Part shown: positions 9,074-20,149 of the stretch, in pieces
How positions within the stretch are numbered: the stretch's first letter is position 1
How the letters are laid out: each line of letters opens with the position of its first letter
IMG/VR virus record: IMGVR_UViG_3300031555_001586
Location: 1 to 64,000 of that record
From: a virus
Taxonomy: Duplodnaviria; Caudoviricetes
Strand: one strand, 5' to 3'
Length of the DNA stretch: 64,000 bases
The notes under the pieces: generated by a model
Database searches by the model: none
Told to the model about the DNA's origin: nothing
What the model saw: the letters and a program-made list of their open reading frames with translations, nothing else
Program-made: the position numbers and the translations under genes

Positions 9074-9487
9074 TTATCTCTTAACCCAATAGTTACCAAT
9101 ACAACCATCTGTACTATTCCATGTATCATGAACTTTGCCATTCTTGATACAAACAACATGATGACCGCCAATATTAGCAACACAAGTTCCTTTATAAATC
9201 TCACAAAATTCTTCCCCAGTATACTTTGTATTATCTGGCTTTCTAGGCTGTCTCATTTTAGTCCAACCTTTTGATTGAAGGTATTTATCAATGCACTTAG
9301 CATCAGTATATTCATACCCTGTTTCAATAGACATATCAATCATACCTCTTAGAATATGATTATATGGTTCATCCAATGCCGTACAAACAGCTCTAAGTAC
9401 GCAATCGCAAGTAAATTTTCCTTTGGGATTTGCATTATAAAATTTAAATGTTTTGGTGTCTGGATATTTCTCTCTTCTGCTTGCCAT
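9074..9487 (-). CDS. conserved phage protein, possible papain-like Cys peptidase fold
   Basis: DCVLRA ... HVVCIKNGKVHDTW; own promoter at 9531-9559. Confidence 0.6.
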   Translation of the reverse strand: MASRREKYPDTKTFKFYNANPKGKFTCDCVLRAVCTALDEPYNHILRGMIDMSIETGYEYTDAKCIDKYLQSKGWTKMRQPRKPDNTKYTGEEFCEIYKGTCVANIGGHHVVCIKNGKVHDTWNSTDGCIGNYWVKR

Positions 9488-9672
9488 AATTATACTCCTT
9501 TTATGTGTTGTTGTTTTACTTTCTATAGATATTATAGCATAAATTTACTTATTTGTCAAGTAGTTTATAAAATATTTTTAGTATAAAATACCAATTTAAA
9601 TCAATGGTATATTATACGCAGCAGTATATTATACCCAATCAGTCAAATAAAAGAGGATGGAAAATTCCATCC

Positions 9673-10875
9673 TCAATTATGCAATTTACATCTTGTCACC
9701 TCTGTCTGTTTAGTACCCTTGTACTCTATATGATTTTTAATAGAGAAATCAATTGTCTTCATTTCTCTCAATTCATCCTCGCTATACCAGTTAGAAGATT
9801 TCCAAGTAAGAATATTGCCACCTTCAAGAATAATCCTATATAAATAAGTATAGCCAAACTGTGTTTCCCAACCGCTCAGTATACGAATATCGTATACATT
9901 TAAGTTTTTATATCTCTTACCAACTTCACCAAAATACTCAGACTTTTCATCGACTTTCTTTTGTTCTTCCTTTTTGATTTCCTTCTGAATATATTTATTA
10001 TAACCTTCGGGAAGATAACAGAGAAATCCAATATTCTGCCATGCAACAAAACCATCATTCAAAAGGACATGTACATTGTGCATAAACTCATTGTCTGCTT
10101 CTAAATTTAGATAATACTGAATGATTTTCTTAACCCTATCTTCTGTATCTTTCTTATGAAAATCAGATTCATCAAATTCGACTGCAAAGAATTTGTTTGC
10201 CTTCAATGTTTCATTTACAAATTCAATTCTTTTGCTCATTTTCTGATTGCCATCAATCATCTCATTCAACAAAGTTTTTGTAGGCAAATCAGAATTGCAA
10301 TTGAAATAACCCATCTTGTCAATAATTTCTGTGGCATATCCAATTACATAATCAACTGGGAAATAGAATTTTCCACCACCACAAACGTTGCCGTCGTACT
10401 CTTCAAGTTCTGTAATGCCATCAATAAAGGATGCGACATACTCAGCATTAAGACCATGCGTATAGAGATTCAGACAGCTACTACCGACTTGCTTAAACTC
10501 ATTTGTTTTTACATTACGAATGATATAAAGTTCGTTTCTCTGTCTTTTGCTATTACAGTGTTCACAGATATTTTCCGTATATAAGAATCTTGTAGGGATA
10601 TCAATTTCGGTATTGATTCTCCGAATGACGTTACCAGTGTTATGGATTTCAAGAACCGCTACACATTCGTAATCATCAATCTTTGCCGTTCCTTCCACTT
10701 CTACGACTATGAATTTATAGAAATGCTTGTAACCATCCTCGTCTTTTACTTCTTTAATTTCTTCTCCTACAACTTTAAAAGTAAAAGGATTGCCATGCTT
10801 CTTACACTTCTTACCGATTCTATTAAGTTTCTTTTCTACATCTGCGAAAAAGTCCTCATAAATTCTATACTGCAT
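9673..10875 (-). CDS. conserved phage protein of unknown function
   Basis: ATG at 10875 after SD AAGGAGG; CEHC motif and KQVGSSCL. Confidence 0.7.
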   Translation of the reverse strand: MQYRIYEDFFADVEKKLNRIGKKCKKHGNPFTFKVVGEEIKEVKDEDGYKHFYKFIVVEVEGTAKIDDYECVAVLEIHNTGNVIRRINTEIDIPTRFLYTENICEHCNSKRQRNELYIIRNVKTNEFKQVGSSCLNLYTHGLNAEYVASFIDGITELEEYDGNVCGGGKFYFPVDYVIGYATEIIDKMGYFNCNSDLPTKTLLNEMIDGNQKMSKRIEFVNETLKANKFFAVEFDESDFHKKDTEDRVKKIIQYYLNLEADNEFMHNVHVLLNDGFVAWQNIGFLCYLPEGYNKYIQKEIKKEEQKKVDEKSEYFGEVGKRYKNLNVYDIRILSGWETQFGYTYLYRIILEGGNILTWKSSNWYSEDELREMKTIDFSIKNHIEYKGTKQTEVTRCKLHN

Positions 10876-11030
10876 ATTCCGCACCTCCTTGATTTGTATT
10901 TTTATTATAGCACAATAATCATCGTTTGTCAAGTAGTTTTCTGAAAATTTATTTAGATATTTTTTGTATATTATACCCTTGTATATTATACCTATGGTAT
11001 ATAAAATAAAGGGCTGATAAAATCAACCCT

Positions 11031-11333
11031 TTACCAAAGATTTTCTCCAAGTACAGAGAAGTTACAACCCTTGCTATTACCAGTAATGGGAATCCACCTA
11101 GAACCACCACCAGTTACCCAAAGTACCATGTAAGACTCTCTATAGTCTTCTACGTCCTTAAACTTCATTACCTTATACTTTACACCGCTCCAACCGCATT
11201 TAGCGCTCCTGATAAGCTCAGACATTGTTTCAATATAATTCTTCATATCAATCTGACTTTCGGTATATTCGGCTTCTGGAACTTCTACATAACCTTTATC
11301 TTCAAGTACCCAACCATAAGTATAATTTTTCAT
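11031..11333 (-). CDS. hypothetical phage protein
   Basis: 100-aa ORF with SD AAGGAG, followed by a terminator. Confidence 0.7.
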   Translation of the reverse strand: MKNYTYGWVLEDKGYVEVPEAEYTESQIDMKNYIETMSELIRSAKCGWSGVKYKVMKFKDVEDYRESYMVLWVTGGGSRWIPITGNSKGCNFSVLGENLW

Positions 11334-11358
11334 ATTGTACTCCTTTTAGCCAATAATC

Positions 11359-12117
11359 TTAACAATTTTCAATAAAAAAGAAATTGTTATCCCTTAAATA
11401 ATCTGGTGTATCTAATTCTCCATTTCTAATTTTTCTAATAATATTTCTATCTATTTTTTCTTCATCGCAAAATTTTCTTATACTATCGTATGTTTTACCG
11501 TTGTATGAAACTTTTATATTTTTAGGCTTTTGATAGTCGTAATCGCACATTTCTTTATCGATATACCTAAGTCCTTTTTGATACCATTCTAATGGCATTT
11601 TGCTTTTACCAGACAACCAATCTTTTATGCTCGAATATGGTATGTTAAAATATTCCGCACAATCTTTAGCGCAATCAAAAATAATTCCATCACAAATAGT
11701 CTTTCTTGCAAAATGAGATTTTCCGCCAATATTCGCATTTCTAAAATTATTTCTATTTTCTTCTGTTGGAATCCAACCTCTATTGACACCGCCACCAATA
11801 TTCAAATTGTAACCATTTGAATTTTCTGCTCCAATATACGAATTATATTTTTGTATATAAAATACTTCTCTTTCGTCTAGTTGCTTAACATCACATTCTT
11901 CTATTAATTCATATGAAAAATTTTCTACGCCATACTTTCTAAATGCCTTATATAAAACACTATTATTATTTTCAATTTCCCATATATGCTTTTTTAATCT
12001 ACGATAAACATCAACACTCTGCCCTATATAAACTTTGCCATTAATTTTATTCTCTATCTTATATATGCCACTTACTTTTTTTGTAAATGGAATTAAATTA
12101 CTAATCTTAATTTCCAT
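11359..12117 (-). CDS. GIY-YIG homing endonuclease
   Basis: SGIYKIENKINGKVYIGQS..RR...H and NGYN motifs. Confidence 0.9.
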   Translation of the reverse strand: MEIKISNLIPFTKKVSGIYKIENKINGKVYIGQSVDVYRRLKKHIWEIENNNSVLYKAFRKYGVENFSYELIEECDVKQLDEREVFYIQKYNSYIGAENSNGYNLNIGGGVNRGWIPTEENRNNFRNANIGGKSHFARKTICDGIIFDCAKDCAEYFNIPYSSIKDWLSGKSKMPLEWYQKGLRYIDKEMCDYDYQKPKNIKVSYNGKTYDSIRKFCDEEKIDRNIIRKIRNGELDTPDYLRDNNFFFIENC

Positions 12118-12481
12118 TTATAATATCAACCTCCTCAAAAGTTAAAGTTTTAACAATCTTCATGCGTTGCGCAAGAACCCAAGCACCTCCTTGCGCAAGC
12201 GGACGGTCATAACTTTCCCAATCCTCAACTTCACATTCGACCCATACACGCCGTTCACCGCTTGCAAGTTCTTTCTTTAAGTGTGGAGCAATAGGTTGAA
12301 AACAACAATGCCATCCAGTTCTTACCGCAAAGCCCTTTGTAGGGTGACACTCAGCTTCCATCCATTCGCCAATTGGAGTAGATACAGTTTTGTTAATAAA
12401 CAGCGGATATAACTTGCCATCCTTCTTAATTCTCAACAGCTTATATGCCTTCATGTTATTTTCCTCCTTAACATGCTTCAC
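12107..12481 (-). CDS. conserved phage hypothetical protein
   Basis: Probable start at MKAYKLLR after SD GAGGAGG; GFAVRTGWH motif. Confidence 0.65.
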   Translation of the reverse strand: MKHVKEENNMKAYKLLRIKKDGKLYPLFINKTVSTPIGEWMEAECHPTKGFAVRTGWHCCFQPIAPHLKKELASGERRVWVECEVEDWESYDRPLAQGGAWVLAQRMKIVKTLTFEEVDIINGN

Positions 12482-12806
12482 TAATTACTTGCACCTGTGA
12501 CTTACCAAAGAATCTTGCTTTGTAGATTGCTCCATCACCCTTGCTACCCCAAATCAAATCACAACCAAATAATGCCTTAGAACCGTGAATTACTTCATAA
12601 CCAAGCTTCTTCCAGTTGTACCAAGTATTTGTTTCTTCTGTAATACCAGCTTTTTCTTTGGCTTCTTCGATACGCTTTTTGTTAATATCAATTGCTTTAG
12701 CTGATAACCAAGAACGATGCAAACACTCAGAGAATTTAATTGTTTTTAGCTTTCTGAACAGCTCCCAAGCGTTCTTCATAATCATTCTTAAATCGTACTT
12801 CTTCAT
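12468..12806 (-). CDS. hypothetical phage protein
   Basis: 112-aa basic ORF with SD GGAGG. Confidence 0.65.
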   Translation of the reverse strand: MKKYDLRMIMKNAWELFRKLKTIKFSECLHRSWLSAKAIDINKKRIEEAKEKAGITEETNTWYNWKKLGYEVIHGSKALFGCDLIWGSKGDGAIYKARFFGKSQVQVISEAC

Positions 12807-12843
12807 GCTTGCATCCTCCTTAATTATATAAGTTTATTAGTTA

Positions 12844-13704
12844 TTAAGAAACAGTAGGTACTTCCATGCCAAGAATATATTTCATTGCCTTTTCAGCCTT
12901 GCCACTTGCAGATACAATAAAACGATTGTCGTTTCTCAAAACCTTTAACCAACTCTGGATATATGCAGCAGAATTTTTAAAAGTTTTAGAAGTTTCAATT
13001 CCAACATGATTCATAAGGAACGCCGAACCAATTTCGGCAATCAATTCTTCCTTGCTGTAATCCTCAGAACCAAAACCAGCAAGTTTAACACCGCTATCCA
13101 ATCTGCCAAGTCTGTCTCTGTGCCCTGTGCTGTGAATCATTTCATGGAACAGCGTACTATAAAACTCAGCGATATCCTTATACTGTTCCTTGCAAGGGAC
13201 TTGAATGTAATCCATCATAGGACTATAGAAAGCATCATTGCTTACCACTTCTTTGATAAGAATGTTTTCTCTTTCCTTGTAATTGTTCTTAATCTTCTCT
13301 GCTTCTTCGATAGGCTCATGGTTAATAGGTTTAATATCTTTAGGCTCGATACCATCTACCTGTGACACATGAAATACATTAATATATTTCAAAAGAGGAA
13401 TAGATTTCTTTTCCACTTTGCCATTCTTAACTTCTTCTGTCTGAAAAATCTTCCAGAACACTACGATTTCAGATTTTTCACCCTTGCGAACCTTACCACC
13501 CAAATCGCTCCACTGTTTGTAAGTAGCGTATTCACCTTCATGCTTCAAAAGCATCTGATTCAAAAGGGAATATGGCTTCTTGCTTACTCTATTGTAAGCG
13601 CCACTTGCTACACCGCTCCAAGGCTTAGACCAAGGAATGACACCATTTTCCAACTGCTCAATAATTCTGTTTGTTACCTCTTCATAGATATTAAACTTTG
13701 CCAT
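12844..13704 (-). CDS. ardC: ArdC-family ssDNA-binding antirestriction protein (DUF1738 plus zincin-like domain)
   Basis: IPWSKPW, YATYKQW..LGGKVRKGEK, FHEMIHSTGH and YSKEELIAEIGSAFL. Confidence 0.9.
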   Translation of the reverse strand: MAKFNIYEEVTNRIIEQLENGVIPWSKPWSGVASGAYNRVSKKPYSLLNQMLLKHEGEYATYKQWSDLGGKVRKGEKSEIVVFWKIFQTEEVKNGKVEKKSIPLLKYINVFHVSQVDGIEPKDIKPINHEPIEEAEKIKNNYKERENILIKEVVSNDAFYSPMMDYIQVPCKEQYKDIAEFYSTLFHEMIHSTGHRDRLGRLDSGVKLAGFGSEDYSKEELIAEIGSAFLMNHVGIETSKTFKNSAAYIQSWLKVLRNDNRFIVSASGKAEKAMKYILGMEVPTVS

Positions 13705-13940
13705 GATGCTTACTTCCTTTCTTTGATGTGTCGTGTTGTTTATTTCTTTTCTTTACACCCATATTATAGCATATGTTTCATGGTTTGTCAAGTAGTTTAT
13801 TGAAAATTCTTAAAATATTTTTCAGAAGTATAACTTTGTATATTATACCATTTGTATAATATACCGATTTTGATATTCTGTATAAAATACCACTGAAAAA
13901 AATAAAAAGCGGAGAAGATTAAATCTTCTCCGCTCGATTA

Positions 13941-14297
13941 TTAGTCTGCAAGATACATCATAAACTTATCCAAATCTTCATATTCCAGACTATCGAGTTC
14001 GCCGTTTTTATTCATACGACACACGATACAACGACTATAAATTTTGATATTGCTTTCTGGAATAACGGCAAGGGGCTTTACCTTGTGAGACAATTCTTCC
14101 TCTTGATACTTATTGTAGACAAGAACGATATTATTTGTATTAGGAATCTTAATAATCGTTCTATCAATCGGTTCAGTTACACCGATTGAATCATCCAGAT
14201 AACCGAGAATAAAATGGTCAAGTTTTTCCAGATTGATTTCTGTCTTTGTTTTATTGCCATAAAATGCCTGTGCAATAACTGTAATCTTCTTATTCAT
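13941..14297 (-). CDS. hypothetical protein (possibly DUF3846-like)
   Basis: 118-aa ORF; weak resemblance only. Confidence 0.55.
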   Translation of the reverse strand: MNKKITVIAQAFYGNKTKTEINLEKLDHFILGYLDDSIGVTEPIDRTIIKIPNTNNIVLVYNKYQEEELSHKVKPLAVIPESNIKIYSRCIVCRMNKNGELDSLEYEDLDKFMMYLAD

Positions 14298-14314
14298 ATT
14301 TATAATCCCCTTTA

Positions 14315-15016
14315 TCAGCTATTTACCTTTTCATTCTTTTTGTCACTAGGCTTTACTTCCTTGCAAACCTGATAAAATCCATTGACTTCATCATCTTCAA
14401 TAATCAGCGCTGTTAACGCTCCACCAAAGACGCAACCAGTATCAATATCAATGTTATAAGCAAAAGTATATACTGGCTTGCTGATATCATTCAGCGTCAA
14501 TGTTGGAGTATGCCCAAAGACAACTGTCTTATGATATTCTTTTGTAGTATAAATAAACGGCTCTCTTATCCACAACAAAGTCTCTTTGTCTTGTTCTTCG
14601 ATAGGCTTATAAACGTCTACACCAGCATGAACATAAATAAAATGTTCATCTTCATGATATAAAGGAAGAGTTCTAATCCACATCATATCGTCTTCAAGTT
14701 GCTTATCAAAACCATGGTAAGAATCTATTGTGTTATAACCACCATTAAAAAGCCAATTTCTTTCTCCGTTCCTATAATAATCCAGCATCATATCTTCATG
14801 ATTACCCATCAGTGCAATTACATTATCATTATTTTCCTGCAAGCTTCTAACAAGTTCAATTACTTTTCGACTATCCTCACCTCTATCAATATAGTCTCCA
14901 AGAAAAACTAGTTTATCTGTATTCTTATTGTATTCACCGCTTGTTTCCAATTCAAAAAGCAATTCTTTTAGTTCATTGTAACAACCATGGATATCGCTAA
15001 TCACTATTGTTTTCAT
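14315..15016 (-). CDS. PPP-family Ser/Thr protein phosphatase (metallophosphoesterase)
   Basis: DIHG, GDYIDRG, GNHE, HAG, GHTP and IDTGCVFGG motifs. Confidence 0.9.
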   Translation of the reverse strand: MKTIVISDIHGCYNELKELLFELETSGEYNKNTDKLVFLGDYIDRGEDSRKVIELVRSLQENNDNVIALMGNHEDMMLDYYRNGERNWLFNGGYNTIDSYHGFDKQLEDDMMWIRTLPLYHEDEHFIYVHAGVDVYKPIEEQDKETLLWIREPFIYTTKEYHKTVVFGHTPTLTLNDISKPVYTFAYNIDIDTGCVFGGALTALIIEDDEVNGFYQVCKEVKPSDKKNEKVNS

Positions 15017-15214
15017 TTTAATCCACTCTCTTTCAGATTTTATTCATTGGCTATACCTCCTATTCAATTTTAAATTCCGCTACGGTTTATCAAGATAAAT
15101 TCTGTACATCATAATAACCACTTCCATATATTTAATATTTACTATATTTAAATTATACTATAACTTTATTAGTTTGTCAAGTATCTTTTTTGAATTTTCT
15201 GTAAATTTATTGTG

Positions 15215-17595
15215 TCAATTATAGATAAAATTATTTCTGCCAATGTATTCTCCACATTCATAGTCTTCATCACAATAGCCAGAATACCATGTAAGTTCTC
15301 CGTGCTTATCTGTAAGTCCAATTAGTTTACACATGCAAGTAGCTTCATTATTACCACCAACAATAACTTCCATATTGTTCGCATATCTACCAATCATTTT
15401 CCATTTAGGCATAATAATTTCCTCCATATAAAATTGCGTTTTTATTAGTTGTCAATGTATGTGATTACAAATGTACACAATCCAAAAGACATTCCAGCAA
15501 TTTGAATATTAACAATTTTTCCGTCATGTTCTGCAAGAAATTTGTTCAACTCTCTATCATCATCATGGTCTGCAATAATAATTTTTACTCTAATTCCAGC
15601 AACTCCATAAATATTTTCCATATAATTTTACCTCTTATAATAATCTTCTTTATGCCTTGTAAATCTCTCTGTAAGCTTCTGCAAGGTTATCTGCTGTGCA
15701 ATAGAATTTTCCATCCAGATAAACGTTGTAATGGTCACGGTCATGTACAATCTTGTAAGACATATTTACCTCCGCTCAACAAGACATTTCATACAGAATT
15801 TCAACGGTATCAATATCATTCCAATCAAATTCCGTCTCATCCATTTCCTGCATAATTTCCAGTGCTTCTTCCTCGCTGTCTGCCATAATAGTTGCATAAC
15901 CACATTTCGTTGCCATAACTCTATATCTTGTCATATTGTACCTCCATGTTAAAATCATGCTTTTATGTTAATCAATTCTAACTTCTTTGTTATTAATAAT
16001 CACCATGTCTGTATATGCCCAGTGATATTCATAATTATAATCTTCAAATCCATCAGTTGACTTCATAACACCAATCATCTTCTTTGCTTTTTCTTCCGTT
16101 GTTGCATATCCAACAGTATAATCGTCCCCATCATAATCAATAAGTTTTACACAAAAAATTTTCATAACAAATCCTCCATCTTAAAATCTCACTTTTAATC
16201 GTTACTTTTCGGAACAAGTTCTAAATCACTTACTTTTACATTGTATTCATAGTTCATATAACGCAAAGTTGTAAACTTGAATCTATTCCAACTATCAAAA
16301 ACTAGAAACTCCGTTCCCTCTGGAATATCTGGAGAATCCCATCTCTTTTGTCTTTGTTTATTTCGGTCACTTAGTTCTCTTTTAGTTCTGATATACACCA
16401 TTTCAGCAACCTCCACTTAAAACCACACTTTTATGTGCTACATATAATATTTAGATGCAAAATTCCAAGGTGTCATATTTCTATAATCAACTGCTTGTTC
16501 TGTTTCTGCATCGTCACAATCCATTGTTTCTATTTCTTGTTCTGTAAATAATTTATTGTAATTATCCGATTCTTGATTACAACAAACATATTCATCACTC
16601 AATGCGTGATTCAAAGTACACCAATAACATTCTTTGCATTTCATAATTTGTTTACCTCATAAAATTATTCTTTTATATTCTTATTTATTATTCAATATAA
16701 TCATCGTAAATAAGAATTTCCATATAACCTTTATAGATAATACTATCTTGAATGATAATATCACCATACTTATACTGAAAATCCATAAGCTGTTTTAGAG
16801 TGCCTATCTTAACCATCCAAACTTTTTCCTTGCCGTCTTTATGGGGGATAACTTTCTGCTCAGCTTCTTCGCAAGGCTGAATTTTTCCATCCCATTGGCT
16901 TGCTCTTTTAACAATGTATTTCATAAATCCTCCATTTGAGATTATAAAACCGTTATTTTATACCCAATCATCGTCACTATCGCCATCATAATCAACAGCA
17001 CCAATCTGTCTGCCCTCTGTGATTACAACTGCATTAAAATCTTCCCCATAAAAAGCGTTGATATTGTGTTCGCTAACACTATTAATATTCATTGCAAAAT
17101 CAGTTCCATAATTCTGCATCATACCAATTCTAACTTCCATATCGCCATCAAAGTTTTCCAGTTCTTCAATCAGTTCTCTTACAGTCATGTCAAATCCTCC
17201 ACTTAAAACTGTTCTTTTATTACCATTCAATTTTTGTCAACTTAAACATTGATTCTACTCTAATACCTTTTCCTTGTGATTTAATGTATTCTCTCATTTC
17301 TTTTTCGGTATCAAAGTATAAAACTGTTTTACTCCAAGTACCATCTAACGGATTCCAACCTTCACATTTCAACATATATTCTTTATACATATCCAAATCC
17401 TCCACTTAAAATTAGGTTTTTATTATTTATTTTTCTACATTGTACTCGTCAACTTGTCCAAAGATTTCAATACATACAGTTTCATTGTCTGTAATATACG
17501 GATTAAGATTAACTATGATATATCTATACTCTGCAAACATCAAAGAGATAACAATTAAAAATCTAATGGTTACTCCAATAACTTTCTTTTTCATA
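15215..17595 (-). CDS. cluster of about 12 tiny hypothetical ORFs (37-80 aa), reported as one block
   Basis: Includes 15215-15427, 15776-15958, 15968-16165, 16195-16416, 16438-16644, 16688-16924, 16958-17188 and 17220-17405, each with an SD and separated by TAAAA-N6-TTTTA sites. Confidence 0.7.
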
Positions 17596-17936
17596 TTCAA
17601 ATCCTCCGTTATATAAGTTTATTAGTTATTTATTTTGTTTGCTTCTTTTCTTTACACCCATATTATACCATAACTTTTACTATTTGTCAAGTATCTTTTT
17701 CAAATTTTTCCATTTATTTTTTCTGACTTATTTCCCTTAACTCTTTTGTTCTGCCTGTATTATATCATATAGTTATCTACTTGTCAAGTATTTTTTAAAA
17801 TTATTTTGTATTTTATACCAGTCCATATATTTTGTATATTATACCCGTTCATGTTTTCGTATAATATACTGCTGCGTATAATATACAATGTGTATATAAG
17901 AAAAGCTAGGATTTCTCCTAGCTATTTCTTTATTTG

Positions 17937-18329
17937 TTATACATAATAAACATATGTTTTAATATCTTCATTTTTCCAGTTACTAAAGTCTATATCAAGA
18001 TTCAAAACTTTAACAGCTTCTTCAATAACCTGTTTGCCGTCTTCATTGCCAAACAAATCCATCAAATCAAAATCTTTTTCACCCCATAAATATCGGTCAA
18101 TCTTTCGGAAATTTTCAAATCCTACATCATAACCAAGAACGGTATTTAAATTTGCATATCGGTCTGCGTCGCAAGCGTCAATACCATTTCCCATACAATT
18201 ATAATAGAATACAAATAAATCGTCTGGCGCTTCATTCATATAAAAACTTTTTTCGTTTTCACAATTTTCATAACCAAAATATTTTACAATTTCCATTTTG
18301 ATATTGTCTGTGACTTGAATGTTTTTCAT
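17937..18329 (-). CDS. hypothetical phage protein
   Basis: 130-aa acidic ORF with SD AGGAGG. Confidence 0.7.
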   Translation of the reverse strand: MKNIQVTDNIKMEIVKYFGYENCENEKSFYMNEAPDDLFVFYYNCMGNGIDACDADRYANLNTVLGYDVGFENFRKIDRYLWGEKDFDLMDLFGNEDGKQVIEEAVKVLNLDIDFSNWKNEDIKTYVYYV

Positions 18330-18346
18330 TTTAATTCATCCTCCTA

Positions 18347-18592
18347 TTACCAATTTTGTGTTCTAATAACTGCATTGTGTTTCATAGCATATCCAAAGAA
18401 ATCTTCTGTGTGGTCTGCTGTGTATTCGTTTAGAAATTCTTCCAAACTGCCGAAATAATCACTTTGACGCTCATTGAAATACTGCTCAACAAAATCCTCT
18501 GCTACCAATACTTCTGTTAAATTACTGCTTTCGTCATGTGGTTCAATTGTGTCACGGTATACACAAATCCAAAGTTCTTTCATGATTTCCAA
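18347..18592 (-). CDS. hypothetical phage protein
   Basis: 81-aa acidic ORF with SD AAGGAG. Confidence 0.65.
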   Translation of the reverse strand: MEIMKELWICVYRDTIEPHDESSNLTEVLVAEDFVEQYFNERQSDYFGSLEEFLNEYTADHTEDFFGYAMKHNAVIRTQNW

Positions 18593-18611
18593 CTCCTTAT
18601 AAGTTTAGTTG

Positions 18612-19241
18612 TTAAAAGATTGTGCCATCCTCAAGAAATTCCCAATCATTAGCTTCGCAAGCTTCTTCCAAATCTTCATCAGAAATTTCATAAAAGTATT
18701 CATAGCCCCATTTTTCATAAGCATTGCAAAGAGTTCCAAAAATATCTCTTACAAGCTTTTCAAACTTTTCCAGAACATTTGTATTAATGTCTCTATAACC
18801 ATAATAATTTTCTAAGTCATACGCCCAATCTTCTGCAATATCAATGCGGTATGCCAAAGAGTAGCAATAGCGCCCATTCATAGGAAGTTTAATTGCTCCA
18901 CACTGTTCTGCATAGTTGAGAATAGTTTTCTTTTCCTTTTCAGTCAATACATTTTCGTATTCTTCCAACTGTGTACCGCCATTGTGCTTTTCCAGACAGT
19001 TAAAAATATCTTCTGCGTAAATCTTACCATAGATATTAAATCCATCTCCCTGACAATATCCAAGAGAGTATTCAACATCTAGCTCATTTTTACCAAAGAG
19101 ATTTTTTAAATCCTGCTTGCAATCTTCGGTAAAAATATATGCTTCCTGCCCATTCAAGTACCACTGCTTAACCTTTTCTTTTGCGCTGTCGGACAACTCA
19201 TTAAATTTGTAAACATCGTAATTAACAGTTGCGGTTCTCAT
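18612..19241 (-). CDS. conserved phage/plasmid hypothetical protein
   Basis: YKFNELSDSAKEK N-terminus and C-terminal WEFLEDG; own promoter. Confidence 0.7.
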   Translation of the reverse strand: MRTATVNYDVYKFNELSDSAKEKVKQWYLNGQEAYIFTEDCKQDLKNLFGKNELDVEYSLGYCQGDGFNIYGKIYAEDIFNCLEKHNGGTQLEEYENVLTEKEKKTILNYAEQCGAIKLPMNGRYCYSLAYRIDIAEDWAYDLENYYGYRDINTNVLEKFEKLVRDIFGTLCNAYEKWGYEYFYEISDEDLEEACEANDWEFLEDGTIF

Positions 19242-19499
19242 AGTAAATTCTCCTTTGTTGTTTTATTTGTTGTTTTATAACCTTATTTGTTGTTCTGTTT
19301 TATATCTTCTTTATGGTTATATTATATACCATATTTTATTATTTGTCAAGTAGTTTTCTAAATATTTTTCATTTATTTTCATTGTACTTAGATTTGTTTT
19401 CTTTTGTATATTATACGCAGCTACTATGTTTTGTATATTATACTAATCCGTATAATATACCGCTGGTATAAAAAATAAAGGATGGAGAAATCTCCATCC

Positions 19500-19748
19500 T
19501 TACAGATTCAATCTAATAATTTCTTCTAGTTCTTCTCTTTTAATAAAATCTTGCTTTTGGTCTGCCAGTTCTACAATCTTTTCGATTTCAAAAGATACAG
19601 ATTCAAACCACATCATGTATGGACTAACGGCCTTTTTAATTTCTTTATCTTTTTCTTTATTAATATGAAAACTTGCATTTTCTAAGCTGGCTAAACTCTG
19701 TAATCTTTTTGCACAACTTAACAATGCTTCTTTTTCTAGTCCAGTCAT
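19500..19748 (-). CDS. hypothetical phage protein
   Basis: 82-aa ORF with SD AGGAG. Confidence 0.65.
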   Translation of the reverse strand: MTGLEKEALLSCAKRLQSLASLENASFHINKEKDKEIKKAVSPYMMWFESVSFEIEKIVELADQKQDFIKREELEEIIRLNL

Positions 19749-19764
19749 TTTGTATCACTCCTAT

Positions 19765-20028
19765 TTATTTAATTCCTTGTTTTTCTGTTACTTCTCCACT
19801 TTCCATATCGCATACTAGAATAACAATTTTCCCATTACGTTCAAATTTCCATTTGTTGATTGCTGGATTCACATACCATTCATCAAAATCAGATTCTCCA
19901 TAATGTTTTTTATAATATTTGTTTAAACGGCTGTTTAGTTGTTTCTCTGTTAATGCTTTCATTTTTATCTTCTCCTTGTTTTTGTTGTTGTTTATTTCCT
20001 TTACAATTATATTATAGCATATATTCAC
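19765..20028 (-). CDS. hypothetical phage protein
   Basis: True start is probably MKALTEK after SD AAGGAG. Confidence 0.6.
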   Translation of the reverse strand: MNICYNIIVKEINNNKNKEKIKMKALTEKQLNSRLNKYYKKHYGESDFDEWYVNPAINKWKFERNGKIVILVCDMESGEVTEKQGIK

Positions 20029-20149
20029 AATATGTCAAGTAGTTTTTATAATATTTTCTTCTTTGTATAATATACCGTTTTAATTTAATTGTATAATATA
20101 CCACTGGTATAAAAAAGAGGAATTGACTTTTGCCAATTCCTCAATATAT

